Source of the DNA: Macrostomum lignano
Taxonomy: Eukaryota
DNA length: 64,000 nucleotides
Reading direction: 5' to 3'
Assembly: GCA_002269645.1 (NCBI GenBank)
Contig: NIVC01000438.1
Location: 597,379-661,378, forward strand
Notes under the pieces: model-generated
What the model was told of the DNA's origin: nothing
The model's database searches: none
The model's input: only the letters and a program-made list of their open reading frames with translations
Made by a program: the position numbers and the translations under genes
Shown: positions 25,701-38,500 of the stretch, in pieces
How positions within the stretch are numbered: the first letter of the stretch is position 1
Layout of the letters: the number at the start of each line of letters is the position of its first letter

Positions 25701-26740
25701 GCAATCAATGGACTGCAGCGTCGTTGACGAAGAAGAGCTTCAATAGCCTGATCGTGATCGTGCTGTACAGCGTAGTGTAACGGAGTCCTGCCAGCGTAGT
25801 CTTGCGTCTCAACCAAGGGCGTCTGAGACTTCTGGCCCAACAGGCACTGCTCCAGGTACAGCAGGCTGAATACTGAACCGTTTGAGGCCGCGTGATGAAC
25901 TGGCAGCTTGCCAAGTCGGTCGCTGGGAAACGGATCAACCCCAGAGCGGAGTAGAGACTCCAGCACCTGGGCGGAGGGGAGAGTCCGCGATGCTCTTAGA
26001 TAACCGAGAGAGTCTGGGCGATACCCGCGACTAGAATCGGTGACATTTACTGGCGTTTTTTTAATTGAGAACCAGAATGCCAGCTGGCATTAATGACCTG
26101 GGTGTCATGTTAACCACTATGACCTGAGTCATACTAAACTTTATGACCTGGATCATGCTAACCACTATGACCTGGATCATGCTAACCACTATGACCTGAG
26201 TCATGCTAACCACTATGACCTGGATCATGCTAACCACTATGACCTGAGTCATGCTAACCACTATGACCTGGATCATGCTAACCACTATGACCTGAGTCAT
26301 GCTAACCACTATGACCTGGATCATGCTAACCACTATGACCTGTCATGCTAACCACTATGACCTGAGTCATGCTAACCACTATGAACTGACTCATGCTAAC
26401 CACTATGACCTGAGTCATGCTAACCACTATGACCTGAGTCATGCTAACCACTATGAACTGAGTCATGCTAACCACTATGACCTAAGTCATGCTAACCACT
26501 ATGACTTGGGTTATGCTAACCACTATGACCTGGGTCATGCTAACCACTATGGTCTTATGAGCCCAAAACTCAAACCAGAATGCCAGCTGGCATCAGTTGA
26601 AAAAGTTAAAAATCAGTTAAAGTCTAAGTCAGTGAACACTGTGGCACAATGATTCAGAAGTGTCTGTCTGTCTGCCTGTCTGCCTTAGTGTCTTTCTGTC
26701 TGCCTGTCTGTCTGTCTGTCTGTCTGTCTGTCTGCCTTAG

Positions 26741-26777
<37 letters not shown>

Positions 26778-26938
26778 GCCTTAGTGTCTGTCTGTCTGCC
26801 TGTCTGCCTTAAGAGTCTGTCTGTCTGTCTGCCTTAGTGTCTGTCTGTCTGTCTGTCTGTCTGTCTGCCTTAGTGTCTGTCTGTCTGTCTGCCTGTCTGC
26901 CTTAAGAGTCTGTCTGTCTGTCTGCCTGTCTGCCTTAG

Positions 26939-26987
<49 letters not shown>

Positions 26988-27141
26988 GCCTTAGTGTCTG
27001 TCTGTCTGCCTTAGTGTCTGTCTGTCTGTCTGCCTGTCTGCCTTAAGAGTCTGTCTGTCTGTCTGCCTTAGTGTCTGTCTGTCTGTCTGTCTGTCTGTCT
27101 GCCTTAGTGTCTGTCTGTCTGTCTGCCTGTCTGCCTTAAGA

Positions 27142-27189
<48 letters not shown>

Positions 27190-27715
27190 GCCTTAGTGTC
27201 TGTCTGTCTGCCTGTCTGCCTTAAGATTCTGTCTGTCGGTCTGCCTGTCTGCCTTAGTGTCTGTCTGTCTGCCTGTCTGTGTCGTGCACCTGTACCTGAA
27301 ATCCGACAGTGCCTACAGAGAAAGCAATTAAGTCAATATTCAGCAGCCATCTCCTCACCTGCGGATTTCCCCGTCTAGCAGCGCAGTGCATCGGGGTTTC
27401 CCCATTGTCGCTGGCTGCTCCAGAGTCGGCACCTTTAGCCAGCAGACAGTCCACAATGTCAGCCTGGCCGCGAAGGCAGGCCCGATGCAGCGGTGTCAGG
27501 CCGTTCCAGCCTCTCTCGTTGACAGCATCAGATGGTCGGCTGCTCAGCAACTGAGCAATCTGCATGGCTGACCAGCTGGCAACGGCATCTCCGATAGAAA
27601 TCTCGGCTAGATTGGCCGCAGCCGCCTGCTGCGATGAAGGGAGATTAGAGAACTGGCCGGGCGCTGTTGTTATTGAACCTCCGTGTGGCAGAATCGAACC
27701 TTGATAGTTGAACAT
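22742..27715 (-). CDS. Ankyrin-repeat DHHC palmitoyltransferase (ZDHHC13/17/Akr1-like); exons 27715-27359, 25966-25402, 24626-24298, 23413-22742
   Basis: Ankyrin repeats (GLTPLHRAC, GETPMHCAA, GRTPLHYAV, GDTPLHLAA), a hydrophobic TM exon, and the Cys-rich domain CSTC..ERTKHCRLCNRCVLDLDHHCLFLMKCVAKNNLRLF. GT-AG junctions are phase-compatible (0,1,0). Confidence 0.88.
23815..24230 (+). repeat. 10-bp-unit minisatellite (aatctcacag/aatctcatta)
   Basis: Visible directly; ZDHHC intron 3. Confidence 0.9.
24710..25320 (+). repeat. 24-bp minisatellite (gagctgggtcatgctagtcactat)
   Basis: Visible directly; ZDHHC intron 2. Confidence 0.9.
26095..26555 (+). repeat. 24-bp minisatellite (gacctgagtcatgctaaccactat)
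   Basis: Visible directly; ZDHHC intron 1; same family as 24710-25320. Confidence 0.9.
26660..27281 (+). repeat. (TCTG)n microsatellite with ccttagtg/ccttaagag interruptions
   Basis: Visible directly. Confidence 0.9.
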
Positions 27716-27859
27716 GACTTTTCTTAATGTTTGGCTTGTGTCACTTAAAAATGAAGACTTTATTGATTGATTGCCGATAAAACTGAGGTCGTGTAACAGC
27801 GAGACATGAAAAATAAAAACATCAATTTAGGCGTGCATTTGTTTTTGGGTCACTCTAGC

Positions 27860-28565
27860 CTAACATATGATCTTGTCACTCTGACTTACAATTTGATCTT
27901 GTCACTCTAGCCTATTATATGATCTTATCACTTTAGCTTACCATATGATCTTGTCACTCTAGCTTACCCTATGATCTTGTCACTCTAGCTTACCCTATGA
28001 TCTTGTCACTCTAGCTGACCCTATGATCTTGTCACTCTAGCTTACCCTATGATCTTGTCACTCTAGCTGACCCTATGATCTTGTCACTCTAGCTTACCCT
28101 ATGATCTTGTAACTCTAGCTTACCCTATGATCTTGTCACTCTAGCTTACCCTATGATCTTGTAACTCTAGCTTACCCTATGATCTTGTAACTCTAGCTTA
28201 CCCTATGATCTTGTCACTCTAGCTTACCCTATGATCTTGTCACTCTAGCTTACCTTATGATCTTGTCACTCTAGCTTACCCTATGATCTTATCACTCTAG
28301 CCCACCCTATGATCTTGTCACTCTAGCTTTCCCTATGATCTTGTCACTCTAGCTTACCATATGATCTTGTCACTCTAGCTTACCCTCTGATCTTGTCACT
28401 CTAGCTTACCCTCTGATCCTGTCACTCTAGCTTACCCTATGATCTTGTCACTCTAGCCTTACCTATGATCTTGTCACTCTAGCCCACTCTATGATCTTGT
28501 CACTCTAGCTTACCCTATGATCTTGTCACTCTAGATTACCCTATGATCTTTTTTACTCTTGCTTA
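27860..28565 (+). repeat. 26-bp minisatellite (tatgatcttgtcactctagcttaccc)
   Basis: Period of 26 (agcttaccct at 27961 and 27987). Confidence 0.92.
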
Positions 28566-29282
28566 CCATATAACCAAAAAATCTTCATCTCGATCTACAC
28601 TACACACTAAAATCATCTCAGTTAAAACTGCTCTTAAGGCTTTACAACCAAACTAACGAAATACTATTTTTTTCTAAAAAATGTGAAAAAACGAAAACAA
28701 TGATTACAGTTTACAAGCCTACTACTGCATCATTAGCAGACTAATTGATTTTAATTAGGGCAAACAGGATCTAAAACAACACTTAATCAAATTGACGTTT
28801 GAACAATTTTTTCTATGAAAGCATTAAACTTTGATAACTAATTTTCGAGAAGACGTACTACTTACTAGTAGACGCAAAATAATTAGGGATTTTTACTGAA
28901 ATAAACTTATAATTGTCGTGAAAATTGTAAAGATAATAATCATACACCTTGCACCTCCTAATAATATATATAATCTACCGATACTACTGATTTGAGTTAA
29001 CATAAAGTAATACAAAAAGAATATATTCACTTTATTATCTTACGCAAAAAAAACATTTTTCGTGCAGATTAGTATGACGCAAATAAGACTTTATGAACGC
29101 AGAATGGTTTAAACTAAAATATATGAGCGTAACTATTTATAGAAATTTGTAATTATTTAATATAATTAATTTGTAATGGTATATTATAGATTACAAAAAG
29201 GTAATCACGAGGAACACAATGAGGCCACAATGAATAATGACAGGCACTGATATTTTTTTGGAATCCACAGATGCCGGATATT

Positions 29283-31050
29283 TGAGTCACTGTACACTGC
29301 CGTCCACACTCCAAGTGGGTGTAATGAGGTCACACTGCACACTACCTTCTACATTCTCTGTGGGTGTAGTGAGGTCACGCTGCACACTACCTTCTACATT
29401 CTCTGTGGGTGTAATGAGGTCACACTGCACACTACCTTCTACATTCTCTGTGGGTGTAATGAGGTCACACTGCACACTACCTTCTACATTCTCTGTGGGT
29501 GTAATGAGGTCACACTGCACACTACCTTCTACATTCTCTGTGGGTGTAGTGAGATCACGCTGCACACTACCTTCTACATTCTCTGTGGGTGTAATGAGGT
29601 CACACTGCACACTACCTTCTACATTCTCTGTGGGTGTAATGAGGTCACACTGCACACTACCTTCTACATTCTCTGTGGGTGTAATGAGGTCACGCTGCAC
29701 ACTACCTTCTACATTCTCTGTGGGTGTAGTGAGGTCACACTGCACACTACCTTCTACATTCTCTGTGGGTGTAATGAGGTCACGCTGCACACTACCTTCT
29801 ACATTCTCTGTGGGTGTAATGAGGTCACACTGCACACTACCTTCTACATTCTCTGTGGGTGTAGTGAGGTCACACTGCACACTACCTTCTACATTCTCTG
29901 TGGGTGTAGTGAGGTCACACTGCACACTACCTTCTACATTCTCTGTGGGTGTAGTGAGGTCACACTGCACACTACCTTCTACATTCTCTGTGGGTGTAAT
30001 GAGGTCACACTGCACACTACCTTCTACATTCTCTGTGGGTGTAATGAGGTCACACTGCACACTACCTTCTACATTCTCTGTGGGTGTAATGAGGTCACGC
30101 TGCACACTACCTTCTACATTCTCTGTGGGTGTAGTGAGGTCACACTGCACACTACCTTCTACATTCTCTGTGGGTGTAATGAGGTCACGCTGCACACTAC
30201 CTTCTACATTCTCTGTGGGTGTAATGAGGTCACACTGCACACTACCTTCTACATTCTCTGTGGGTGTAATGAGGTCACACTGCACACTACCTTCTACATT
30301 CTCTGTGGGTGTAATGAGGTCACACTGCATACTACCTTCTACATTCTCTGTGGGTGTAATGAGGTCACACTGCACACTTCCTTCTACATTTTCTGTGGGT
30401 GTAATGAGGTCACACTGCACACTACCTTCTACATTCTCTGTGGGTGTAATGAGGTCACACTGCACACTTCCTTCTACATTTTCTGTGGGTGTAATGAGGT
30501 CACACTGCACACTACCTTCTACATTCTCTGTGGGTGTAGTGAGGTCACACTGCACACTACCTTCTACATTCTCTGTGGGTGTAGTGAGGTCACACTGCAC
30601 ACTACCTTCTACATTCTCTGTGGGTGTAATGAGGTCACACTGCACACTACCTTCTACATTCTCTGTGGGTGTAGTGAGGTCACACTGCACACTACCTTCT
30701 ACATTCTCTGTGGGTGTAGTGAGGTCACACTGCACACTACCTTCTACATTCTCTGTGGGTGTAGTGAGGTCACACTGCACACTACCTTCTACATTCTCTG
30801 TGGGTGTAGTGAGGTCACACTGCACACTACCTTCTACATTCTCTGTGGGTGTAGTGAGGTCACACTGCACACTACCTTCTACATTCTCTGTGGGTGTAAT
30901 GAGGTCACACTGCACACTACCTTCTACATTCTCTGTGGGTGTAATGAGGTCACACTGCACACTACCTTCTACATTCTCTGTGGGTGTAGTGAGGTCACAC
31001 TGCACACTACCTTCTACATTCTCTGTGGGTGTAGTGAGGTCACACTGCAC
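29283..31050 (+). repeat. 45-bp tandem array, about 39 highly homogeneous copies
   Basis: Unit cacactgcacactaccttctacattctctgtgggtgta(a/g)tgaggt. Confidence 0.95.
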
Positions 31051-31506
31051 ACGAATCCAAAACAATTCTTTCAAAAAAATTTGAGTATTAATTTATTAAC
31101 GCAAAAATGGAACGCAAAACGAAGTGTATTTAATCATGGAAAAATTTCGACAAAAAGAACGCCTAATACGATATAGAAATTAATGTAAGCGAATTAGGCA
31201 TCTAATAACGACAGATTTCAACAAATAATATTTTATTATGCGAAAAACAACAGTATACACGGACACAAATACTCAAGAAAAAAACACTTACAAGCAATCA
31301 ATAAAATCAATCAATGGCGTTGGAAATCTCGAACTTGAATCTCGTTTTCTAATCACTCTACTAACTCTCCAGTAAATAAGTAGCAATATAAGTGTTTTCT
31401 ACCATAATCATATATAATTAAATATATAAAAAATCACCTTGACCAAGATAGAAAATAATCGAAAAAAATGGCTTCAACAACCAAACGTGATAGAGTCTGA
31501 GGATGG

Positions 31507-34500
31507 TCATTCAAGCTTTGACTTGGCCAGCAACTTCTTAGCCTCGGAGGTGCAATCAGTGGCCAGCTGATCGTCTGTAGACTTGGCCTCCATACCGCAA
31601 ACTCTCTCGCCCAGCTTCTTAACTAGCAGGTACAGAGAGACATCTCCGCTGCGGCAGTGCAGAGTGGCTGCGCTGCCCTCCTCCAGATGGACCACGTGAG
31701 CTAAGCAGGACCAACGCTTCAGGCAATCGTCAAAGCTTAATCCGTCCAATTTAGCAGAGGACTGAGCCAATTTCTGTTGCTGACCAGCCAATACCGACTG
31801 CAGCTCGTCAATAGACATTGCCGCAGGAACTAAGCGACACAATCGAGGCACTCGGACTTTCATATTCTCTGTAGAGCTAGCGGCGCCAGACCAGCTGATA
31901 GCTAAGCTAGCTCTGAGCTTATTATCCGGTCGGCCAATTAAACTGGCATCGACTCCTGTCGCTATAGCAACGATACAAGCGGCGTTAGCAACATCAAAGT
32001 CTAGTTTAGACAATCCTTTAGAAGAACGATAGCCTTCAAGGTCAACTGTGGCCGATTTCACAGCGGTCCCGTCAGCTAGAGGCAAAATACGGAATGTCAG
32101 ATCCACCTCACCAGCTTGGGCACTTTTCTGCCAGGCAATGTCAATCCTTGCAGTCAGGGACTCGCCAACTGGCAGCCACAGTCTGGGAGGCTGGACAGCC
32201 GCATCATCATCTAGACCAAGCAGCAATAAATCTTCGCTAGCCTCTGCTGCTTTAGCCTTCTTCTTCTTGCCAGCTTTCTTCTCGCCGCCCTTCTTCTTCT
32301 TCTCTTTCTTCGGCTTCTCCTGCAAGCCGGCATCGTCATCGCCTGCCGCTGCCGATTTCTTCTTTTTCTTAGTAGCCACTTTTCGTTTCGTTGTGGCGGC
32401 GGCCACTTCGGCGGCTGAATTGCCAAACTCAGTCGACGACACGGCACCGCCGCGGCCTCCCATAGCAACCAGATCGTCAATTTTGATATTAGCCAATTGA
32501 CGATGCGGGTCATCGGGCGCGAGCCGGGACCCCGGCCCAGCCTCCGCTTCATTGTCGGAGTCTGGAGCGGCATTCTCCGGCATGTCGTAAGCGGTCGACA
32601 CCACGTGCGAGCCCGCCAGGTTGTCGTCTTCCTCGTCGTCCTCGTCATCTTCGTCTCGGTTAGTCTCTGGCTTACTACTGCTAGTAGCAGCTGCTGCTTT
32701 CTCTTTCATTAACTGGCGCTTAGTTTTCTTCTTTTTCTTCTTTTTACCATCCTCGACAGCGGAAGCGGCAGCTTTCTCGGCTAGTTTCATTGCTTTCTGC
32801 TTGCTCTGCTCCTGCTTGTGCTGCATCAGGTACTTGTCGGAGGAGGACAGGCCTTCGATACGGAGGGTTGGCATGCCGCTGTCCATGCTGGCTACCCTGG
32901 GCAGCTGGCTATCTTCATCGTCTAGACCTTCGCCGGGCTTCTCGTACTGGCTCTGCACCCGGCCGAAATGATTGGACTCGTCGCTAGCGAGGCGTTTAGC
33001 GCTGGAGCTCGATTTGAGATAGTTCGGATTGCTCTCCTGTTCGCGAAGCCGAGTCTCCCGCATGGCGGCCAGTTCCGCTTCGCTTGGCTGCAGGCACGGG
33101 AATTAGTAGTATAATTTAAATCAGATAGAAACAATGTTTTTTTGAAAATGCGTTGTTGTGGGGGTCAATTGAGACCATAGAGTGCGTGGGTGGAGGCTAA
33201 AGAGTGTGTGGGTGGAGAGGCCATAGAGTGCGTGGGTGGAGGCTAAAGAGTGTGTGGGTGGAGAGGCCATAGAGTGCGTGGGTGGAGGCTAAAGAGTGTG
33301 TGGGTGGAGAGGCCATAGAGTGCGTGGGTGGAGAGGCCATAGAGTGCGTGGGTGGAGGCCATAGAGTGCGTGGGTGGAGGCCATAGAGTGCGTGGGTGGA
33401 GAGGCCATAGAGTGCGTGGGTGGAAAGACCATAGTGTGTGGGTGGAAAGACCATAGAGTGCGTGGGTGAAAAGACCATAGAGTGTGTGGTGGAAAGACCC
33501 AATTATCAGCTTGGTTGTATTTTTGGGTCTATGATATTTCGGGTCTAATTGAAAGCCAATCTAAATTACCTGATGGTATTCCTTCTGCTCAAATCCGCCG
33601 CCGCTGGCTCCGCCCCAAGCTACAGTGGGATCGGAACTCGAATAATTCGTAGCGCCCGAAGCTGAAGCCCCAACAGTGGCGGAGACGGCAGCCTCGGGTT
33701 CCTTCTTTCGTCCAGACGACTTTCCCGACTTCCGTTTGACTGGCTCATCGAATTCAGACTTAGGCGGCGCGGGCGGCTCGTTAATCCAGGCGTCTAAATC
33801 CAGTCCCTCTGGCAGGGGCACCTTGCGCTGGGCCTTCGGCGCAACAGGATTCAATTCGCCAGCGAATAGGCCCGATAGCTCCTTGGCCACCCTGTCGATG
33901 ACAGCGTCTCCGTCAGCTTCAGCGGTCGATCCGGCGCCGTCTTCAGTGGCGACATCGCCGACATCGAAAATTGCGGCCGTCTTCGAGGCGGCAGCCTGAC
34001 GCAATGCTTTAGCGGTGCATTTCAACAGCTGGTGCGCGCACACAGCTCGCTCTTGCACCTCTAAATCCTCAGAGTGCACGAACTGCTCCAATCGGGTTAA
34101 CAGCTCTGTTGTCAAGGCGACACGTTCCTCAGCGTCTGATTCGGCTAGCAATAGGTTGGCATACAGTTTCACCTGGTTGTGAACGAATACGGCCTGGACT
34201 TCGCCTGGCAACTGCAATACGTAGGGCAGCGACATCGCCTCCAGGGTGGCCCGACGGGCGTCCTCGGATTCTTCGTCACCGGCTAGGCAGACGGCGAATT
34301 CGCCGCAGATCCAGGCGGCGGCGTACAGCACCTCAACCAGGCCGGCGCTGCCGCCCCCGCCCCCGCTTGTCGCTCCGCCGCCAGAGCCGCTGCCGCCGCC
34401 ACCGGCGCCTCCTCCGGCGCTACCGCCGGCGCCGCCGCCCAGCAACAAGGTGTGATTATGCAATAGTAGAGACATTTGACGGGCGGCGAATCGGCGAACT

Positions 34501-36341
34501 TGTTGAACTCGGATGGCAACGTCTAGCAGCTGGTTGGCGATGGCGCGGCCCTGGGCCGGCTTCATGCCTTTGTGGGCGGCCAGCTCCACCAGTACGCTGA
34601 CGTACCATTCGAAATTTGTGATGAAGCGGTAGTCATTCTGGGAGCAGATACCGATGATCTTGCTGAGCAGCTCGTCTCTAGAAATTACAATTTGGGTTTA
34701 GATTTGTACTTGGAAAGGTAGCCTAGCAACTGACAGTTTGAGAAGCTGATGGCCCAACAACTGACATTCTGGGAGGCTGGCCTAGAAACTGAGGATCTGG
34801 GAGGCTGGCCCAACAAATGGGGATCTGGGAGGCTGGCCCAGCAACTGAGGATCTGGGATGCTGGCCGAGCAACTGAGGATCTGGGAGGCTAGCCCAGCAA
34901 CTGATGATCTGGGAGGCTGGCGCAGCAAATGAGGATCTGGGAGGCTGGCCCAGCAACTGAGGATCTGGGAGGCTGGCCCAGCAACTGAGGATCTGAGATG
35001 CTGGCCCAGCAACTGAGGATCTGGGAGGCTGGCGCAGCAAATGAGGATCTGGGAGGCTGGCCCAGCAACTGAGGATCTGGGAGGCTGGCCCAGAGGAGGT
35101 AGGAGAGTCACTTTGAAAAGACCTCAATGACAAAAAATAAACAAACAAGTGAGTTTATCTCACCGATAATGTGCTCCTTCAGCTTTTTCCATGTGCACAA
35201 TGAGCTTCTTGACAATCTCCATGAGGTTCTTCTTAGACACCATACCGTAGAGAAGGCTCAATGCCCGGAGCCTAATGGACTCATCCTTGTCATCTAGGCA
35301 CTGCATGATGAGCTCTTTGTGAGCTTGCACAGACTTTGGATGAGTTTTCAGTATCTTCGTCATAGCCAGCAGGCCTAGATACTTTAAATTCTGATCGCTA
35401 TCCTCAATAAGGATTTGCAATTTTTGAACGCACAATTGCACGCTAGTAGCGTGATTCTGGAGCCCGGAGCTGATGGAGATGAGCACGGCAATGACAGTGT
35501 TAATACACTCGTACAACAGCGACATAGCCGATGTACTATGAATCAAATTAGTCAACGGTTCGATCAATTTCTTGCCAAGCCGCGGTTCCAGCGGAATTAG
35601 CGCGCCAAACAGTTTAATAATCTTAATCAGCACCCAATTATTAGTCGACGTTGTCATCAGTTTAAAGAACAGAGGCGCCAGGCTAAGATAGTTCTGCGGA
35701 TTCTTGCGAGCCAACTCGCAGATCACATTAACGGCGGCACTCTGCACGCCTGGGTCTGGGTCTTCCAGTTTCTCTTTTAGTCGACCAAATGCCGGCTTAA
35801 GCGAGTCTGGAAATCTCAAGAACACCTTGTACATGAGCAGGACGGCTTTCTTTCTAAGATAAGGCTTAGTTGACGTCATCAATACCATGATGTCGTTGGC
35901 TAAATCGTGAGCAAGATCGCCAGTCATGAAGCAGGACAAGCTGGACAAGGCTACCCCAGCATCGTAGGTGTTAGTAGAGTTGAGATCCTTGCGCACCAAG
36001 TTAGTAGTCAGCATAATTACGTCGGTGCCATCGTGGAAGCTCTGCGAAGCGGCTAAATAGCCAATCCGTTTGAATGTAAACTTTGGCGAGCTCATCACTT
36101 CCACTATGTTAAAGCCGGCCCAAGAGATGTCATAGCCAAGCATCTGCAGGTACACAAGCTTGTTAATAGCATTGGCTTTCACCACTAAAGATTCTTGCTT
36201 CAGCTCCTGTTTGATCTCTTCGATGCATTCAGAAATGTATTTGCCCTCAGTGTCTTTATGATTGCGAATACCGCGAACCAGATCTTGAAGGTTCTTGTCC
36301 AGGACATGGTCTAGGACACCTTTCACCCTTACTAGAGCCAT
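31507..36341 (-). CDS. AP3D1: AP-3 complex subunit delta; exons 36341-35164, 34677-33570, 33087-31507
   Basis: LQDLVRGIRNHK..KYISECIEEIKQELKQ, LGYDISWAGFNIVEVMSS..FTFKRIGYLAASQSF, YRDELLSKII.ICSQ..FEWY, LYAAAWICGEF, LFAGELNPVAPKAQRKVPLPEGLDLDAWINEP. Junction phases 2 and 0 are compatible. Confidence 0.96.
33172..33498 (+). repeat. 22/24-bp minisatellite (catagagtgcgtgggtggagaggc) in AP3D1 intron 2
   Basis: Visible directly. Confidence 0.9.
34785..35097 (+). repeat. 28-bp minisatellite (actgaggatctgggaggctggcccagca) in AP3D1 intron 1
   Basis: Period of 28 (ggatctg at 34961 and 34989). Confidence 0.9.
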
Positions 36342-36842
36342 TCTATTTGACTGTTTAGCGTTAATATATCGTTCCGATGCAGTAACTATACGTGTTAATT
36401 AACTTGTTTGAAACTATCCTCAGCAGACAAAAATTCACATGCAGAAAATTATGCAAGTAATTATTATTGAAACTTGATTGCTAAGGTCAACTCATAGACT
36501 TAAAAGATATTAAATAACTAGACTTTCATATTTTCAGGTACAAATGTTAGAAAGTCAATGACACAATTCACTTGATAACATGGAACATTCCTGGGATACA
36601 AGTATTGGGACTGTGTGGGCCACCAAAGCACTATGTCAATCTTTGATTTCTATTGCAGTTCAATTGTGAATTTGCACTTGCTCTATAAAGATCAATTAAA
36701 AAATCTATAACTTGTCCAATTTTGTAAAAAAGTAAAATTTGCTATTTTTAAAATATTAATGACATGCCTTTAATCTACTAAAATTTATGCCAGCTAGCAA
36801 TTGCCCAGATATAGCTGTTAAGATCAATCATTGTAAATAAAC

Positions 36843-37598
36843 CCCCTATTGGAATAAGTTGACAAAACGCGGACGATCGTCCATTGCATTTTTGGATTCT
36901 CCTGGTGTCACATCGCCCGACAGTGGTGTCAAGTGATGTGTCGCATCGCGCGACACTGTGGAAACCTGGTGTTGTCATGCGTCGTGTTGCGCGACACGAC
37001 ACAACGAGATGCAAAGTGTGGCAAAAAAAAAAGTGTGGCAACTTGGCGGCTGGTGTTGTCATGTGTCGCATTGCGGCCTGGATCTGCAGCCAAAACCTTG
37101 CAAACTGTGTTTTATTGTAATATGTTCACGGTTGTTTCTCGGTATTTAAATGTTTCAAACATGTTCGATAAAAACTAATTCTTGAATTGTTCTTTTTTAT
37201 TTTGACAGTAAAATAACTAATACTTCAAATATAATTTTTAGAAAGGTTACTTGTTAGTTACAATGCATGCGCTGTTTTCTAACTGTTGTACCTTTGTTGT
37301 TTTACTGTTTATTGTTTTTGAATTTCATTTCTTTTTCCGCGAAATTGAAAGGAATACTTTTGTCCCTCGCTCCATGGTCTTGGTATTGGGAGTGAACGGC
37401 AGAACAAGAATTGTCAATTGCAATGTGGCTGCTGTGGCGTCCCCCCCCCCTGGTCATTCAGTCAACAGACATAGGTGTTGCGTCGCGCGTCGCTGCCCCC
37501 CAGTCAACAAAATTTGGTGTCGCATTGCACTTTTGAGGGCACAATTTTGGCACCCGTGTTGCGCGTCCGCAGGTTTTTGAAACTTATTCCAATAGGGG
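36843..37598. mobile_element. MITE-like element with CCCCTATTGGAATAAGTT terminal inverted repeats
   Basis: Left cccctattggaataagttgac at 36843; right aaacttattccaatagggg ending at 37598; internal tgtcgcat-type repeats. No clear TSD. Confidence 0.7.
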
Positions 37599-38109
37599 TC
37601 CAAGGTTGTGACTGCAATGCTGCTGTGGACAGCAAACACTAAAACCCATGGATCAAAGAAGCCGCTTCCTAAAAGCTGTAGCCCAGTGCATTTCTAGTGA
37701 GTACAACCCACATCCCAATAAACTCACACCAAAAATCCACAAATTATCACTTTCATATCTCTTAATTAAATTTCATACGCTGAATTTTTGTAGACATCAT
37801 TCACAGCAACAAGAGACTAAAGTGTCAGTTGCCTAAAAACTTATCTAAGCGAAATAGGCCATTCTCTTTTATTGGCGAGATTCTTAAAAGGATGACAAAG
37901 AAAGCGCAATCAACCAGTAGAGCAGAGTAGGCAAAAATAAGGCTCCTTTTTGTTTTCCTATAAAACTGAATAAGCTCAATAAAAGTGCAAAAACTTTAGA
38001 AAAAATATTGATTGCTCTATCACTTTGCCACCAACTGAAAATGGAAGAGCCCTAAGTAAAACTAGGCAATGTTATTAATGTATAGATAGTCATTAAGTTG
38101 CGTTGAATG

Positions 38110-38500
38110 CTTTGATTGAGGACTCGCTAGATTCAAAGAACCGGAGAAGTTCTGGGCTGCATTGCCATGTGAGGAATTTCTATGCCTACTGCATAGAAAC
38201 GCCGACAGTGAGCGGATCATCAAATGGATTGCTAACAATGTCACAAAGCAGCAAAATGAGCTAGTGGATTATATACTAGACTATTTTGTCCATCAAGTCC
38301 TAGCTAAAGGCCTTCAAAAAAGAGCCATCCAATTTTTGCATGGACTGCTTGCTGTTGGTCATCAGCTTTGATACCCATGCAATTGCCGAAGCATGTGCTA
38401 AGGCAAAGGAGTGTGAAGAAATAATGAACCACCTTCAGAAAAAGCTAACCATGCAGCGTCAGAAGGCCAATGAGTGGAAAAAAAGACAAAAAGCAAGAGG
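38110..38500 (+). pseudogene. Possible hAT-type C-terminal dimerisation-domain relic
   Basis: KFWAALPCEEFLCLLHRNADSERII..NNVTKQQNELVD resembles FW...L.LPH.NA.SER.FS...KTK.RN.L. A third TIR copy (cttattccaataggg) lies at 39174-39188. Confidence 0.35.

Noticed and set aside
24579-27378. Repetitive ORFs (MTQLIVTS, HANHYDL, CLSV) and similar ones at 33197-33502, 34723-35148 and 61101-61457
   Set aside because: They lie within introns of well-supported genes and simply translate minisatellites.
29283-31050. CRISPR-like appearance of the 45-bp (and 24/26-bp) arrays
   Set aside because: Units are head-to-tail with no unique spacers, there are no cas genes, and the context is eukaryotic.
32048-34600. 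Plus-strand ORFs over AP3D1 exons (and antisense ORFs over gag/pol, piggyBac and SLC23)
   Set aside because: Shadow frames of GC-rich coding sequence.
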